From NCBI GenBank assembly GCA_964016885.1, contig OZ024741.1, positions 21,018,001 to 21,082,000 of the forward strand: a stretch of 64,000 nt of DNA, read 5' to 3'. Shown here in pieces: positions 37,794 through 50,932 of the stretch. The stretch's first letter is position 1, and every line of letters begins with the position of its first letter. The notes below the pieces were generated by a model, which worked only from the letters and a program-made list of their open reading frames with translations, searched no databases and had not been told where the DNA came from. The translations under genes were made by a program, and so were the position numbers. The DNA comes from Eledone cirrhosa (taxonomy: Eukaryota).

Positions 37794-38020
37794 ATAGATA
37801 GATATCTTTGTCACTACTCTGTGTCTACAGTTGTATAGCGTGTATACCGTCTATGACCGTATTTTCTTCACATTTATGGCATTTATAGTCCTTTCTTCTA
37901 CTTTCCCATTCAGCCAGATCTGCACTTATTTACCCCTTCCCCCGTTTTTCATTACTTAATTTTGATTTTATCTCGTTTTTTATTTTTTATTTATTATTTT
38001 TTTCATATTTCTACCATTGT

Positions 38021-38355
38021 ATGACTTCTGTAAAATATAGTTGATATAATATGTTTATATATAACAGATAACAAAATATTTCCATCACTATATAACTTCT
38101 GTAAAATATAGTTGATATAATATGTTTATATATAACAGATAACAAAATATTTCCATCACTATATAACTTCTGTAAAATATAGTTGATATAATATGTTTAT
38201 ATATAACAGATAACAAAATATTTCCATCACTATATAACTTCTGTAAAATATAGTTGATATAATATGTTTATATATAACAGATAACAAAATATTTCCATCA
38301 CTATATAACTTCTGTAAAATATAGTTGATATAATTTGTTTGCGTATTACAGATAA
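38021..38355. repeat. 71-bp AT-rich tandem repeat, ~4.7 copies
   Basis: cttctgtaaaatatagttgat recurs at 38025, 38096, 38167, 38238 and 38309. Confidence 0.93.
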
Positions 38356-38489
38356 GAAAACAAATTCATAAGAGTGTTAATAATATGCGCCCCATGTAGC
38401 AGTGGCGAATGTCTGTGATAAGCGAGAGAGAAGGACAGCTGCACTTTCTTACTTGAATATCTTTCTTCATCACTCCCTCTCTCACATAG

Positions 38490-38605
38490 TTGTTTCTACT
38501 TTTGGCACAAGGCCAGCAATTACTCAGTAGATTACTGGTACTTTATTTTATCGACCCCGTAAGGATGAAAGGCAAAGTTAACCTCGGCGGGATTTGAACT
38601 CAGAA
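38490..38605 (-). mobile_element. SINE, same family as 13884-14062
   Basis: Reverse complement of the B-box and body (ctggtactttattttatcgacccc...ggcgggatttgaactc). Confidence 0.82.
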
Positions 38606-38774
38606 TGGCAACTCACATAGTGTTGACAAGACATATATCCACCGAGATCAGAGTAAACAATATATATTTCAGAAGTTCCTGCTTAGGATAACAAGAAATT
38701 CTTTGTTTAAACTTTTAATCTGTACTAATAATAGGATGGACTTCTTACGAGGTGTAGTCGAAAGGGAAATCAAA

Positions 38775-39490
<716 letters not shown>

Positions 39491-39614
39491 CCCGGAGAGG
39501 AGATAGGCTCCCCTGGGTTTTACAATGTCCTTGGAACGTCGTATGTCAATGTGGTGCCCCTACGACTCCATCATGAGCTATGGGACTATGATGATGATGA
39601 TTAAACTATCTTAT

Positions 39615-39770
39615 GTGGTAAATGGCAAATTCGTTAGAACGTCAGATAGAATACTTTGTGGTGTTTGTTCCGGCTCTCTGCTCCCTGAGTTCAAATCCTG
39701 CTGAGGTCAACTTTGCCTTTCATCTTTTCGAAGTCGATAACAAAAGTACCAGTCTAGTACTGGGGTAGAT
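39615..39770 (+). mobile_element. SINE, same family as 13884-14062
   Basis: gagttcaaatcctgctgaggtcaactttgcctttcatc...gtcgataa..aagtaccagt. Confidence 0.78.
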
Positions 39771-39882
39771 TCTTCCTCTAGATCTCTTTTTTTATTTCCT
39801 TTCTCTCATTTTCTATCCTTCTCTGGAAAAAATCTGCTGGAGAAGGATGGGCTCCGCCAGGTTTAAAAACGCCCTTGAAACA

Positions 39883-40003
39883 CCGTATATCTATATGGTG
39901 CCCCGTATATCTATATGGTGCCCCGTATATCTATATGGCTCCTTGTATATCTATATGGTGCCCCGTATATCTATATGGTGCCCCGTATATCTATATGGCT
40001 CCC
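39883..40003. repeat. 20-bp minisatellite (CCGTATATCTATATGGTGCC), ~6 copies
   Basis: Direct reading. It shows a 60-bp super-period (two tgccc units then one ctcc variant). Confidence 0.92.
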
Positions 40004-40539
40004 TTCAGGAATTACAAGATCATGCATGATCCTGTGTACAATGTGCCTGAAAATCAAAATAAAACACATAACAACAAGGTGGGTATAAAAAGATTTCCAG
40101 ATGATTAAGATGGGAGGTTTGGACAACGAGTTTAACATAGTATCTAACGGTTTAGATACAACTGAGACAAAGTCGATTCTCAAATATCATAAGTGGTACA
40201 AATTCTAAGAATACATGAGTATTGCAAAGACACGTGTACCATTGACAAGATGCAAGAACGATAGGAAAATAGATCGAGGTGATGATACTAGAAAGTAAGT
40301 CGAGTGGGTCAGCAAAAGATGGGGTGATGGCAGTGGATGCCACCAATTAAAAGAAAAAAACGTACTGAAATGCGTTACTTGCGAAAGAGGGCCCATCCAG
40401 AATTGTCTAAACCCGACCACCCACCTCCTATTTCCGAGCACAAAAGCCTAGTACCGAGCTTGGACTATATTCACTATTGCCAGTTTTTAAAGTTCGAAAC
40501 AAATAGATAATGGTTTATTTTATTAAGAATTATATATAA

Positions 40540-41015
40540 CTAGCAGAAAAACCACCCTTCGGTTTTTCTGCTAGCATGTGTAGTGTGCATATTGATATTA
40601 TATGCAAGTATATATGTAGATATGATATATCAAATAAAATAGTAATTGACAATATTCACAGAAATTGAACGAAGACTACGTTACACTGTCTTATGTAATC
40701 AGTAAAATAATCCATGATACATTAAAAAAAGACGATATTATATATAAACTGCATTAGGAGAAAATTAGCGACGGAAATATATGAATGTTTATTTAAGCGT
40801 TCGTTGACCGGAAGTGTTGACAGTTGAACATTTTAAAGAAGTGAATCTTTAAATAAGCAATAAAATATATTTAATCAAGAATAACGAAATTTAGTAGATA
40901 GATTATGTAATATTCATTCATTGTTTATTCAAAGTAATCCAACTTATTTTACAAACGGGATAAAAAAATATATTCTGGACGTAGTTCTGCACTCCTTACT
41001 TTATTATAGTTTAGA
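40540..41015 (-). mobile_element. Non-autonomous Helitron, second copy of H2 (no SINE)
   Basis: Aligns to 13541-14159, with 5' A|TCTAAACTATAAT and 3' CTAG|T. The terminal hairpin CTAGCAGAAAAACC-7nt-GGTTTTTCTGCTAG is perfect. Confidence 0.75.
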
Positions 41016-41416
41016 TATGATCGGTCCTCCGTCGTTTTCGACGCTGAATATTCAGTTGTATTTTCAACCGAACGTCCAGTTCGTTAATGAACGTATGTGG
41101 TTGAGTATTCCACAGACATGTGCAGCCATAAGGTAATACCAAAGCTGAATCAACGCGGCAACAATACATGACAATGCTGGACTTACAGGTACAATTTGTA
41201 GCGGATTAATGTTATTCTTTGATGGGTGTTTGATGAAACGAATAATGCCATGATTGTGATGTTGACAATGTTTATTTTACAATAACAATATGTGACAGAA
41301 TTCATCGCTACATTAATTTGCTGGCTAGCTACTTCGAGCTAGCGTGCATGCCTGTATCAAAACAACTATACAATATAAGTGATTCAACAAGAAGACGGAA
41401 GAATAGATGAAACTTA

Positions 41417-41562
<146 letters not shown>

Positions 41563-42209
41563 CTATTCTTAGAATACATTATTCGTCTCATGGGCTGCTG
41601 TTTCATGTCTGGCTGTCTGACTGTCTGTGGCCAAGAAGTTGAGAACCAGTGAGGCCAGGAGAGAGATAGAGTGAAAGGTCTGCTACATCGTTAACCTTAA
41701 CACGGACTGCTTGCTTCGGTCTCTCTGGCTTCTGGCGTCCCGAAGTCTTTGTATTTATAATAATGCTATAGTTTGAAGGATGTGTATATGGGGTTGATTT
41801 ATGATCAGCCATGTGGATATCGTCTCCCAGGAAGCTGGGTCACAGGTCAAGTGGTATGTACGTTTATCATCGTTGACAAGACAATGGTGGGAACCTTCCA
41901 ATAATGGGTCGTCCCAGAGGCGAAAAACCTCAGATTTGGTTTCGAATCTTCGCCGGTAAAACATAGGAGTATTTCGTTATAAATTCATCCCAAAAATATA
42001 AATTCATCATAATTTCCATCTACCCAATTTCCCTCACAATGTTTGGCTAGACACCTGGCTATGGTGAATGACACTTGCCCAAGGTACCAATCAATGGAGT
42101 CGAACTCAAGACCTTACGATTGCGAAGAAAACCATTAACCACTCAACCATGCAAGAGTCTACAATATATAACATAGGCACAAGAGGAAATATCTGGAGAG
42201 AATCGAGTA

Positions 42210-42653
42210 CTCTCAGGTCTCGAATAATTCCCCCCCCCCCCCGCCCCCCACCTGCTTATCAATTTTTTCAGATTATTTCCACCCACTCACCCGCTCTTAT
42301 TCTACCCCACACCCCGTTTATTAAATTTTGCTAATCTATCTCCAGTGAAAATTTTATTTTAAGTGGTAGCATTCCTGCAACAATTAATTTTCTTTAGACA
42401 TTAAAAAAATTATACCTGACAAAAAAGTACCTTACTAGAAATCCCATATGTTATAAAATAAATAGGATGGGTTGGGGTCTCAATATGTAATCTAAACAAC
42501 TAATTCTGGTTTTTAAAAAAATCAATGGAGACACCCTAGAAAAATTACCGATTTACCACACACACCCTCCGCTTATTCTACCCTCCCCTCTTATTCCACC
42601 CCACCTCCACCCCACTTATTCCACCACCAGCCCTATTATTTGGGACCCAAGAG
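42210..42653. mobile_element. MITE with imperfect ~19-bp TIRs and TA target duplication (Tc1/mariner-pogo type)
   Basis: TA|CTCTCAGGTCTCGAATAAT ... ATTATTTGGGACCCAAGAG|TA, with subterminal CTTATTC(T/C)ACC repeats. Confidence 0.6.
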
Positions 42654-42791
42654 TAGTCAATTAAATCTATTACAATACAAGACTATGTCACTGACCCTGA
42701 AAGTAAGAAAGGCAAAATCGAAAATATTCATTTATCTCCATATCTGATTGAGATGTTGGTCCTAACTAAGGCGATTACTAAGGCTTGTGTG

Positions 42792-43135
42792 GGTGCAGTA
42801 TAGCCGAACGGGTAAGGGGTTCGCTTCCCAATAATTAGGTCTCGGGTTTAATCCCATTGCGTGGTATCTTGGGCAAGTATCATTTACCATAGTCCCAGAC
42901 TCAAGCCTTATGAATGAAATTGGGAAGAGGGAAACTGTTTGAAAGCCCTTCCGGTAGATTGTACCTGTAGTTGAAAGAGGCCAGCCTTGTCACACATGTC
43001 GTTCTGAATCTCCCTGATAATTAAGTTAAGTGTAAGTGGAATGCTCAGATACTTACACGTTAATTTCACAAGCAATGTGTTCCGTTGATCGAAAATGTGG
43101 AACACTGACCGTCGAAACTGACGGAAATCCATTTA
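42792..43135 (+). mobile_element. tRNA-headed SINE (second family)
   Basis: tRNA-like head tagccgaacgggtaag...gggtttaatccc, CORE-like cttgggcaag, and body ggccagccttgtcacac. Related inverted pieces lie at ~42020-42150 and 52880-53060. Confidence 0.62.
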
Positions 43136-43348
43136 ATTATGTTTTCACGTAAAATGCGACAATGAAGTCGGTTTCTTGCATCTCTGCGCCGCTTCACATA
43201 TATACAGATGTAATTATAGAAAGATTGCACCGACAGATGGCGCAGAGTAGAAATGTAGAGCAAAACAGATGAGACCATATATTTTTATGGAGGAGTAACT
43301 ATGAAAACATCAGCTGGATGTTATTACACCGTAAGCGTATCTACACCC

Positions 43349-43603
<255 letters not shown>

Positions 43604-43604
<1 letters not shown>

Positions 43605-46573
43605 CTTTGAAATGTTTTGGCCAGTATTGGCCCAGGCCATGTCTAACTTAATAGCACCACCTGGCGAAGTCTTTCAATTCAGGATTTGGGCACCATGGCC
43701 CATTAGAGAAGAGAATTACTGTTTGCGGAGACATATCCGGGTGTGGGTGGTTTGTCCGGGATTACTTGGAGGAATTTGTCCAAAGACTTCTTGAATTTTG
43801 TGTGGTCAGTTTCTGTTTTGACGTGTCCTGGTGTGATGTTGAAGAGAGCAGGGCCAATTGAGGTGAAATAATTGTGCCGTATTGTTGTTATGAGTTGCGA
43901 TTTAGATTTTTGTTTGTGACGGATAGCACGGGGCCCAAGCCTTGGGTGTATTTTGAAGGTGATGCCAACATCATTTGGGCAGTGCTGATGAAACATTTTC
44001 CACATCATGCAGATAATATAACGCCCACGGCAACGTTGGAGTGAGTAAAGTTTCAGCTTTTCTAGTCGACCCCAGTAGTCAAGGTCTGATATGCCATCTA
44101 TCTTTTTCGTGATTGCCCTTTGGGGAGCTTCAAGTTTCATGATACTTTGTTTCGTGTGGGGAGACCACAGTGGACAACAGTATTCAAGGTGTGGTCGGGC
44201 AAAAGTGGAGAAGAGAAGGATAATGGTGTGGGAATCTCTCGACTGGAAGGTTCTGAGGATCCAGGAACACATTCTGCGGGCCATGTCAACTTTGCTGCTT
44301 ATATGCGTGGCCCAGCTTATGTTGCTGTTCACGGTTACTCCCAAGTCTCTGATGTTGTTAGATGCCACGAGAGTTTCACCGGAGGGAAGGGAGTACGGGA
44401 GTTTCAGAGCATCCTCTTTTCCAAAGTGGATCAGTTCGAATTTGTCTTCGTTCAGTAACATGTTGTTCTTTTCCGCCCATTGGGTAACAGCCAGTAGGTC
44501 TGACTGAAGGCTTATCCGGCCATCCACGCCATTGATGACCCTTTGGAGCTTGGAATCATCAGCGAAAATTCTAATGTTGCTGTGTTTGATGATGTCATTG
44601 ATGTCATTAATATAGATGATGAAGAGAAGTGGGCCCAACACAGTGCCTTTGACTTTGGCTGGGCTGGATTTGACTCCTTCGACTACAACATGTTGGGTTC
44701 TGTTTGACAGGAAGCACTTGATCCACTGCAGCAACTTTCCAGTGACACCAATATTGGACAGCTTTCTCAGTAGAATGTTGTGATCAACCCTGTCAAAGGC
44801 CTTGCTGAAATCAAGGTAGATAACATCAGTGTTGGAACCCTCTCCCAAGGCTCTCAAAATGTCATCAAAGTGATGCAGTAGCTGCGTCAGGCAATCCCTT
44901 CTATTACGGAATCTATGCTGGTTGGAGTTCAGCATATTGTTACTCTCAAGGAAGTGAGTCATTCGCGATCTCACCACTCTCTCAAATACCTTAATGATAT
45001 GAGAGGTGAGTGAGATTGGGCGATAATTCACGGCAAGGGATTTGTTTCCTTTTTTGAAAACTGGGACAACATACTGGGATAGAAGGTTTTCTGGCACATA
45101 TCCAGCATCCAGTGAGTTCCGCCACAGATTGGCAAGAGGAGATGCAAGTTGGTGTTGACACGCCTTCAAGACACAAGCAGGGAACCTATCGGGACCTACT
45201 GCTGAATTATGCTTGATTTCCTTTATTGTCCGATAAGGTGTAATGGGGAGTAACATCGCCGATACAGCCCAGATCGGCCATATCAGGATTGCTGAAAACA
45301 GAGCAGTATTGTTTCTGCAGTATCTCACCCATGGTTTTAGCATTGTCTTGAAGAGTGCCATTTTCATCAATTAGAGGGCCAACAGTAGAGCCAGTGATTT
45401 TGTGTTTTTTTGCAAATGAAAAGAACACTTTGGGATTGAGTTTGATCTTCTCAATGGCCCAGGCCTCTTCAGCTCTTCTCTGATTGTTGATGATAGACAT
45501 CATATTGTTTTGGAGGTTATGTTTTTTAATCTCTAGTGATGAAATGGCAGTCAAGTTGCTGTGTTGCTGCTGACAGTATTTCAGCTTGTTGATTTTTTTG
45601 TTAGTTCTCTTAATTTTCCTGATGAGCGTTTTTCTATTTCTGGGGATTCTGCTCTTAGATTTGTTTATAGTTCTTAATGGGGTGTGTTTTGCACATATGT
45701 TTGTAACAGTGTCCACAAATGTCTGCTAGGACTTTTTGATGTTAGTGGGTGTGTGAGTGTGCGTGAACGACCAGTCGACATGTGCAAGATCATGACTCAT
45801 CGCTTCTCAGTTTGCATTGTGGAAATCCATAGCGTCAAACGGATGGACAGGAGAGATGACATTGGGTTTGTATATTGGACGGTGGAATCTCAGATCACAG
45901 AGAACCATGTCATGATCAGAGAGTAGAGTTTTCTCCACTGCAATATTGTGGATAGTGTCAGTGTGATTGCTGAAAATTAAGTCTAGGACGTTTTTGTGGC
46001 ACCTCGTTGGTTCGAGCACCAGTTGGGACAGGAAGAAATCATCCATGAAGTCAAGAAGCGATTCCACTGCTTCCCTGTCAGAGATTGAAGCAGAAGAACC
46101 TGGTGGCAAGCTGTTTGTGGACCAGTCAACTCCGGGGAGGTTGAAGTCCCCCATCATTAAGATGTTGTCAGGGTGACACTCTTGGATGAAACACTTTATG
46201 CTGTTGAGGCATTCCTTGAAGCATGGTAGAGGCGTTTGGGGTGGCCTATAGAGCCCAACTACTATTAGGTTGTTGGTTTGACTGAATACAGTGACTGCTT
46301 CGCAGTATCCATTAGAAAATATGTTCATAGCCTGTTGAGAGAGAATTATGGACATAAATGGCAGTCCCACCCTTTCTTCTGCCAGCGCGATCAGCACGGA
46401 TGGCTTTGACATTTTTCACTTTCACCTCGGCTTCCAAGTGGAGGTTACTGAGATGGGTTTCAGTGAGGAGAAAGAAAGGGATGTGTTTTGGATGGACATC
46501 AATCCAGTCCTCCAGGAATTTGATCTTTCATTTTTTAGTATTGGTGGAAGGGCTGATGCCTTGGGCCTTAAGC
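43604..46573 (-). mobile_element. Decayed CR1/L2-group LINE (APE + RT ORF2 only)
   Basis: APE motifs LTETHL, GLYRPP, MGDFN, LDLIF, SDH (45807-46570). RT motifs NYRPISLTS, YLDFSKAFDRVDH, GTVLGPLLF, FADD, PHLEYC (43703-45230). Several frameshifts. Confidence 0.9.
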
Positions 46574-46680
46574 AAAAAAAAAAAAAAAATATATATATAT
46601 ATAACGAAGGAAATGTGGTAAGGAACCAGATGCACCATAACGCACCAAAGTACTCGATAGTTAGGGTAGTAGAGTGGGTA

Positions 46681-46785
46681 ATAGGAACAAGTAGGACCCC
46701 GACGGCTGAGCTCAAGCCGTTTCGACGGCTAATTCTGGACTAAATTTAATCCAGAATAAGCCGTCGGGGTCCTACTTGTTCCTAT
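46681..46785 (-). other. Perfect 27-bp inverted repeat enclosing a hammerhead-shaped three-way junction without the CUGANGA core
   Basis: ataggaacaagtaggaccccgacggct at 46681-46707 and its reverse complement at 46759-46785. The minus strand has stem II-GAAAC-stem III-GUC-stem I. Confidence 0.7.
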
Positions 46786-46851
46786 ATCACCGATGAGGGA
46801 CTTATTTTATTACATGTTATCCATGTGCTACCTGCAGTATTTTTCTCTATA

Positions 46852-46939
<88 letters not shown>

Positions 46940-46961
46940 GAATTAGATCATTTGTATTCCA

Positions 46962-48425
46962 ATGTTACTAAGTAGTTGCATTGGATGGAGTCAACTGACG
47001 TCAGAGATTGCTCAACGTATAATAAAGTGTGTTTTAAAACCCGGAGAAAGTTATTGGGTCCGCAGTGATAGACCCTCGGAATTCGACATTACGATGGGTT
47101 CTAATGATTTGGCGGAGGTCACGGATTTGGTTGGGATCTATATAGACCATAGACTCCAGAGCGAATTTACGGACCTCCACGGCGGAATATACCGCGACGA
47201 TACACTTCTATTAGTCAAGAATATGAACAAACAAAACCTAGAAAGGCGACGTAAAAACATTAGGAAACTTTTCTTAGAACTAGGGCTTAATATTACCTTT
47301 GAACACAATCTTAAGGTGGTCAACTTCTTGGATGTTACCTTCAACCTTAATAACGGTAATATAGAGCCATTTCACAAACTTAATGAAAATCTTAAGTACG
47401 TTAATGTAAAATCGAACCATCCTCATTCCATTATTAAATCTATCCCTAAAAATATATCCATAAGGATCTCCCGACTGTCGTCTAATTTGCAGACCTTCAA
47501 CGAGCATGCTGAATATTATAATGACGCACTTAGAAAAGCTGGTTACTGCGAGAAAATTGAATATCTAGACGATAACCACATAAGTACTATGAATAAAACA
47601 CATCTAAGTCGAACTAGTATTGCACCACACACACACATCAATAGGCATACTAACAGGTGCAAACCAGCAAATAGAATCAGACGTAGAGAGTACATATGGT
47701 ATAACCCCGTGTACAATTCTTCTATTAGCACTAAGATTATCTCACAATTCTATACACTAATCAATAAACACTTTACAACTTCACATAAATACTATAAAAT
47801 CTTTAACTCGCGCACCATTAGACTCTCATACTCCACTGCACCTAACATAGAACAACTAATTAGAAAACTCAACTCAGCAATACTGAATAAGTACATCCCT
47901 AATGACTCAGCGCACCAGCATAGCAACATGCAACGCACTAACACGCAACCGCAACCCCACCAAACTATCCAGGATTCTACTGCAAAACATAAAAATAGTT
48001 GTAACTGCACCAAACCAGGTACGTGCCCACTGAATAACCAGTGCCTAGCACGCAATATTGTCTACCGGTGTACAATAAATTCCGGGACCAACAAATGGTA
48101 TTACGTCGGATGTACCGCAACTTCTTTCAAGACTCGCCTATACCAACATCGATCTTCGATCAGGCACGAGAAAATGCGCTCCGTAACAACCCTCGCCGAT
48201 AAAGCCTGGCAGCTTCGGAGGAACAATCAAGCGTTCTCCCTTGATTGGCAAATTATTGCAGCTGCGCCTGCATATCAGCAAAATCATCGATTCTGCAAGT
48301 TATGCAATTTAGAGATATACTGCATTTTAACGTCGGTAAACAAACTTTTGAACAGCAAAATTGAACGTTCTCTATACTGTAACCATCGTTTGAAAACGAC
48401 TTTTTCTTTTTTTAAATGCATATAA
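46962..48425 (+). CDS. Penelope-like element RT + GIY-YIG endonuclease (5'-truncated; probably Naiad-type)
   Basis: FDITMGS, GGIYRDD, NFLDVTFNL, SNHP (RT/thumb). CNC..CPL..CL linker. IVYRC..WYYVGCT..FKTR..QH (GIY-YIG). C-terminal CKLC..CNH. Confidence 0.9.
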   Translation: MLLSSCIGWSQLTSEIAQRIIKCVLKPGESYWVRSDRPSEFDITMGSNDLAEVTDLVGIYIDHRLQSEFTDLHGGIYRDDTLLLVKNMNKQNLERRRKNIRKLFLELGLNITFEHNLKVVNFLDVTFNLNNGNIEPFHKLNENLKYVNVKSNHPHSIIKSIPKNISIRISRLSSNLQTFNEHAEYYNDALRKAGYCEKIEYLDDNHISTMNKTHLSRTSIAPHTHINRHTNRCKPANRIRRREYIWYNPVYNSSISTKIISQFYTLINKHFTTSHKYYKIFNSRTIRLSYSTAPNIEQLIRKLNSAILNKYIPNDSAHQHSNMQRTNTQPQPHQTIQDSTAKHKNSCNCTKPGTCPLNNQCLARNIVYRCTINSGTNKWYYVGCTATSFKTRLYQHRSSIRHEKMRSVTTLADKAWQLRRNNQAFSLDWQIIAAAPAYQQNHRFCKLCNLEIYCILTSVNKLLNSKIERSLYCNHRLKTTFSFFKCI

Positions 48426-48819
48426 TGTTACCTTTTTACACCAACGTTTGCAAATTTCTGTCTTATATGTTTATACACTAGATATGACTTTCTATAATAA
48501 TAGTACTAAACACTGTTTTTCTGGACCCCTTTAGAAATAACCTGCTACTATAATAGCCCTAATAACTTGTCTGTGACATTGTACCACTTTGACCCCTCTA
48601 ACTAAATTTTGTCCGAACAACACCACTAGAAGTATCTACTTCCCAGCCAACCTTAGCACGCCTCATTAAGCTAACTGCTGCCAAAACATTCTCTCTTCAC
48701 AATCTCTACTAGTCTGACAGTCTTAAACCCTAAGACTCCCTCCATCTTACTCACTTCCCTTTTCCCCTTCTCTTCCTACCTCCTTCTTTATCTTTTATCT
48801 AGTGTATAAAATATTTTCA

Positions 48820-48945
48820 TATCATTCTAATACAAAGGTCTGATGACATGGTATGTTGGCTTACAGTGTACTTTCGGTTTTTGATAATATTTGTGTATTA
48901 TTCAAATAGCGAGGTATAGGTAACTCATACACTATAGAAACAATA
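48820..48945 (+). ncRNA. Degenerate hammerhead-like motif with ~90-nt stem II at the 3' end of the plus-strand Penelope
   Basis: CTGATGA at 48840-48846, a long imperfect hairpin (gtatg/catac, ttac/gtaa, tttgataatat/gtattattcaaa), and GAAAC at 48937-48941. Stems I and III are not convincingly intact. Confidence 0.42.
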
Positions 48946-48979
48946 AAATATAAATATTAATAAAATAGATGTTCTTTTG

Positions 48980-49049
48980 ATCAATTACATTTTATTATAC
49001 ATATTTCGGATGTACAACAGTACGTCCTCATCAGACAAAATATAATGAT
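48980..49049 (-). ncRNA. Minimal type I hammerhead ribozyme at the 3' end of the minus-strand Penelope
   Basis: Minus strand: stem I attatattttgt, CUGAUGA, stem II GGAcGTAC-tgtt-GTACaTCC, GAAA, palindromic stem III ATATGTAT, cleavage triplet AUA, stem I' ataaaatgtaat. Confidence 0.85.
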
Positions 49050-49609
49050 ATATGACATACCCTGAGATGTTAAATGGTTAATATTTAATCAAGGTAGTGA
49101 TTAACCCAAGAGAAAATTTTACATATATAGCCTAATTATGAGAAAATGCGAAAAACGTAATAAATTCATTAGAGAATGTGTGAGTAAGAAAAACGTTGCT
49201 TACTGTAACTGTTCTAGAGGTTTTAAAATGTATGATACTACGATATATCTAGGAAAACATATCATGAATCATAAGAGCCAGTGATAGCCACTGGAAAAGG
49301 ATTTATAAAGAGGGAAAGATAAAGGTGTGTGGGGGGGGGGGGGGGTGATATATACAGAAGGAGATTTTTTCCGAAAGTTAAACGGTTAAATTTGAAAATA
49401 TTTAATTTATAATTTATAATATTAGGGTGAAGACTCCAGATTTCAGGATTATTTGCTGGTTATTTATATATTATTTATATAAATTCGATAAGTGTGTTAT
49501 CATTTCTAAGCTTCTGAATTTTGTGAGGGTAACATTTAAAGGATTTAGCTGGCACATAAAGAATGAAATATTATACTGTTGATTATTTACCTAAATTTAA
49601 ACTTTAACA

Positions 49610-50030
49610 AAGATACCAACATATTAGGTATGTAAAGTTTTTGAATTACTTATTGTTATAAATATTTAAATAACGATTATGTATATAGGTATATATATTA
49701 ATGAGCCAGTATATTTTAGGTAAATGATAACGACGAAGATAAAAATAAAATAAGATAATAGATTGAGGCATGTTAAGGTTAAATATACACCTATGTATAA
49801 CAGGGTATAAATGTATTAATTATTCTTTAACCAAGATATCAACATATTAGGTATGTAAAGCTTCTGAAGTATTTATTGTTAGAAATATTTAAATAACGAT
49901 TATGTATATAGATATATATTATTGATCCAGTATATTTTAGGTAAATTATAACGAAAAATAAAAATAAATTGAGGCATGTTACGGCTAAATAAACACCTAT
50001 ATATAACGGGGTGTAAATGCATTATTTATT
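49610..50030. repeat. ~223-bp tandem duplication in the Penelope 3' region (degenerate third copy to ~50230)
   Basis: aagata(c/t)caacatattaggtatgtaaag at 49610 and 49833, with shared downstream blocks. Confidence 0.8.
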
Positions 50031-50932
50031 CTTAGTTCAGAGTGTACATAATCAAGAAATTTAGAAGTTAAGTAAAAATTGTGTATAGGAAGATATAGGG
50101 AGGTATATATAGATATATATTAGGTATTAGTAGTGTAGTATACTTTAGGTAAATGATAACAGTTATAATTTTATAAAGTAGAGTTCAACGTGTTACATTT
50201 AAATACATATATATATAAGAAAAACAATAATGAGTGCATGGATAATTCAGAGTTCAAAATAATGTCTATAATAATCTTTAGTTTGGATATTTTCTTTATA
50301 TTTGAATCATGTATATAGAAATGTGGTAGGTATATTTAAAAATATTTAAAAATATATAAAATATAATATATAACTACATACATATTATAATACATTATAT
50401 TATAAATAAGAGATCAAAAGTGCAGCAAAAATTCACATTGATATATAAGTTTGAATCTGTCTTAAATTTTAGATTTAAAAGTGCAGTAAATATATTTTTA
50501 AAAAAATATATATATATACTATATTATATTATACTATAAATAAGAGATCAAAAACTCATTAAAAATTTACAGCTATAGATAAGTTCCATAAAAATGTATG
50601 GATTGGGTATTAAACTAAAATTTAAAAGAGATAAAAAATGCATTAAAAATTCACATTTGTAGATAAGTTTCGTAAATAAGTAAGGATTGGGTATTAGACT
50701 AAATTATAAGCATAGATAGGAAGATAGATAGAGAAATAAAGAAATAAAGAAATGATGGTATTGATCAAAGTTAATAAAATAATTTTATGTGTATCAATGT
50801 TCCGGCATGTTATTGAACAAGTGTCATTCATTCGAGCGTTATTTCTTCTATAGATAGCTATAATATAAAGCAATTAATGTTTTTCACTGTTGGTTATATA
50901 TTCCTGGTAACCAAGTTATTATTGGTTTGGTA

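Noticed and set aside
39491-39601. Possible RTE-type LINE 3' end with (GAT)n tail
   Set aside because: It is too short and has no recognisable protein motif to support the call.
48840-48940. SECIS element (some Naiad PLEs encode selenoproteins)
   Set aside because: No in-frame UGA occurs at the conserved Cys positions of either ORF, and the hairpin lacks SECIS AUGA/GA quartet and apical AA spacing.
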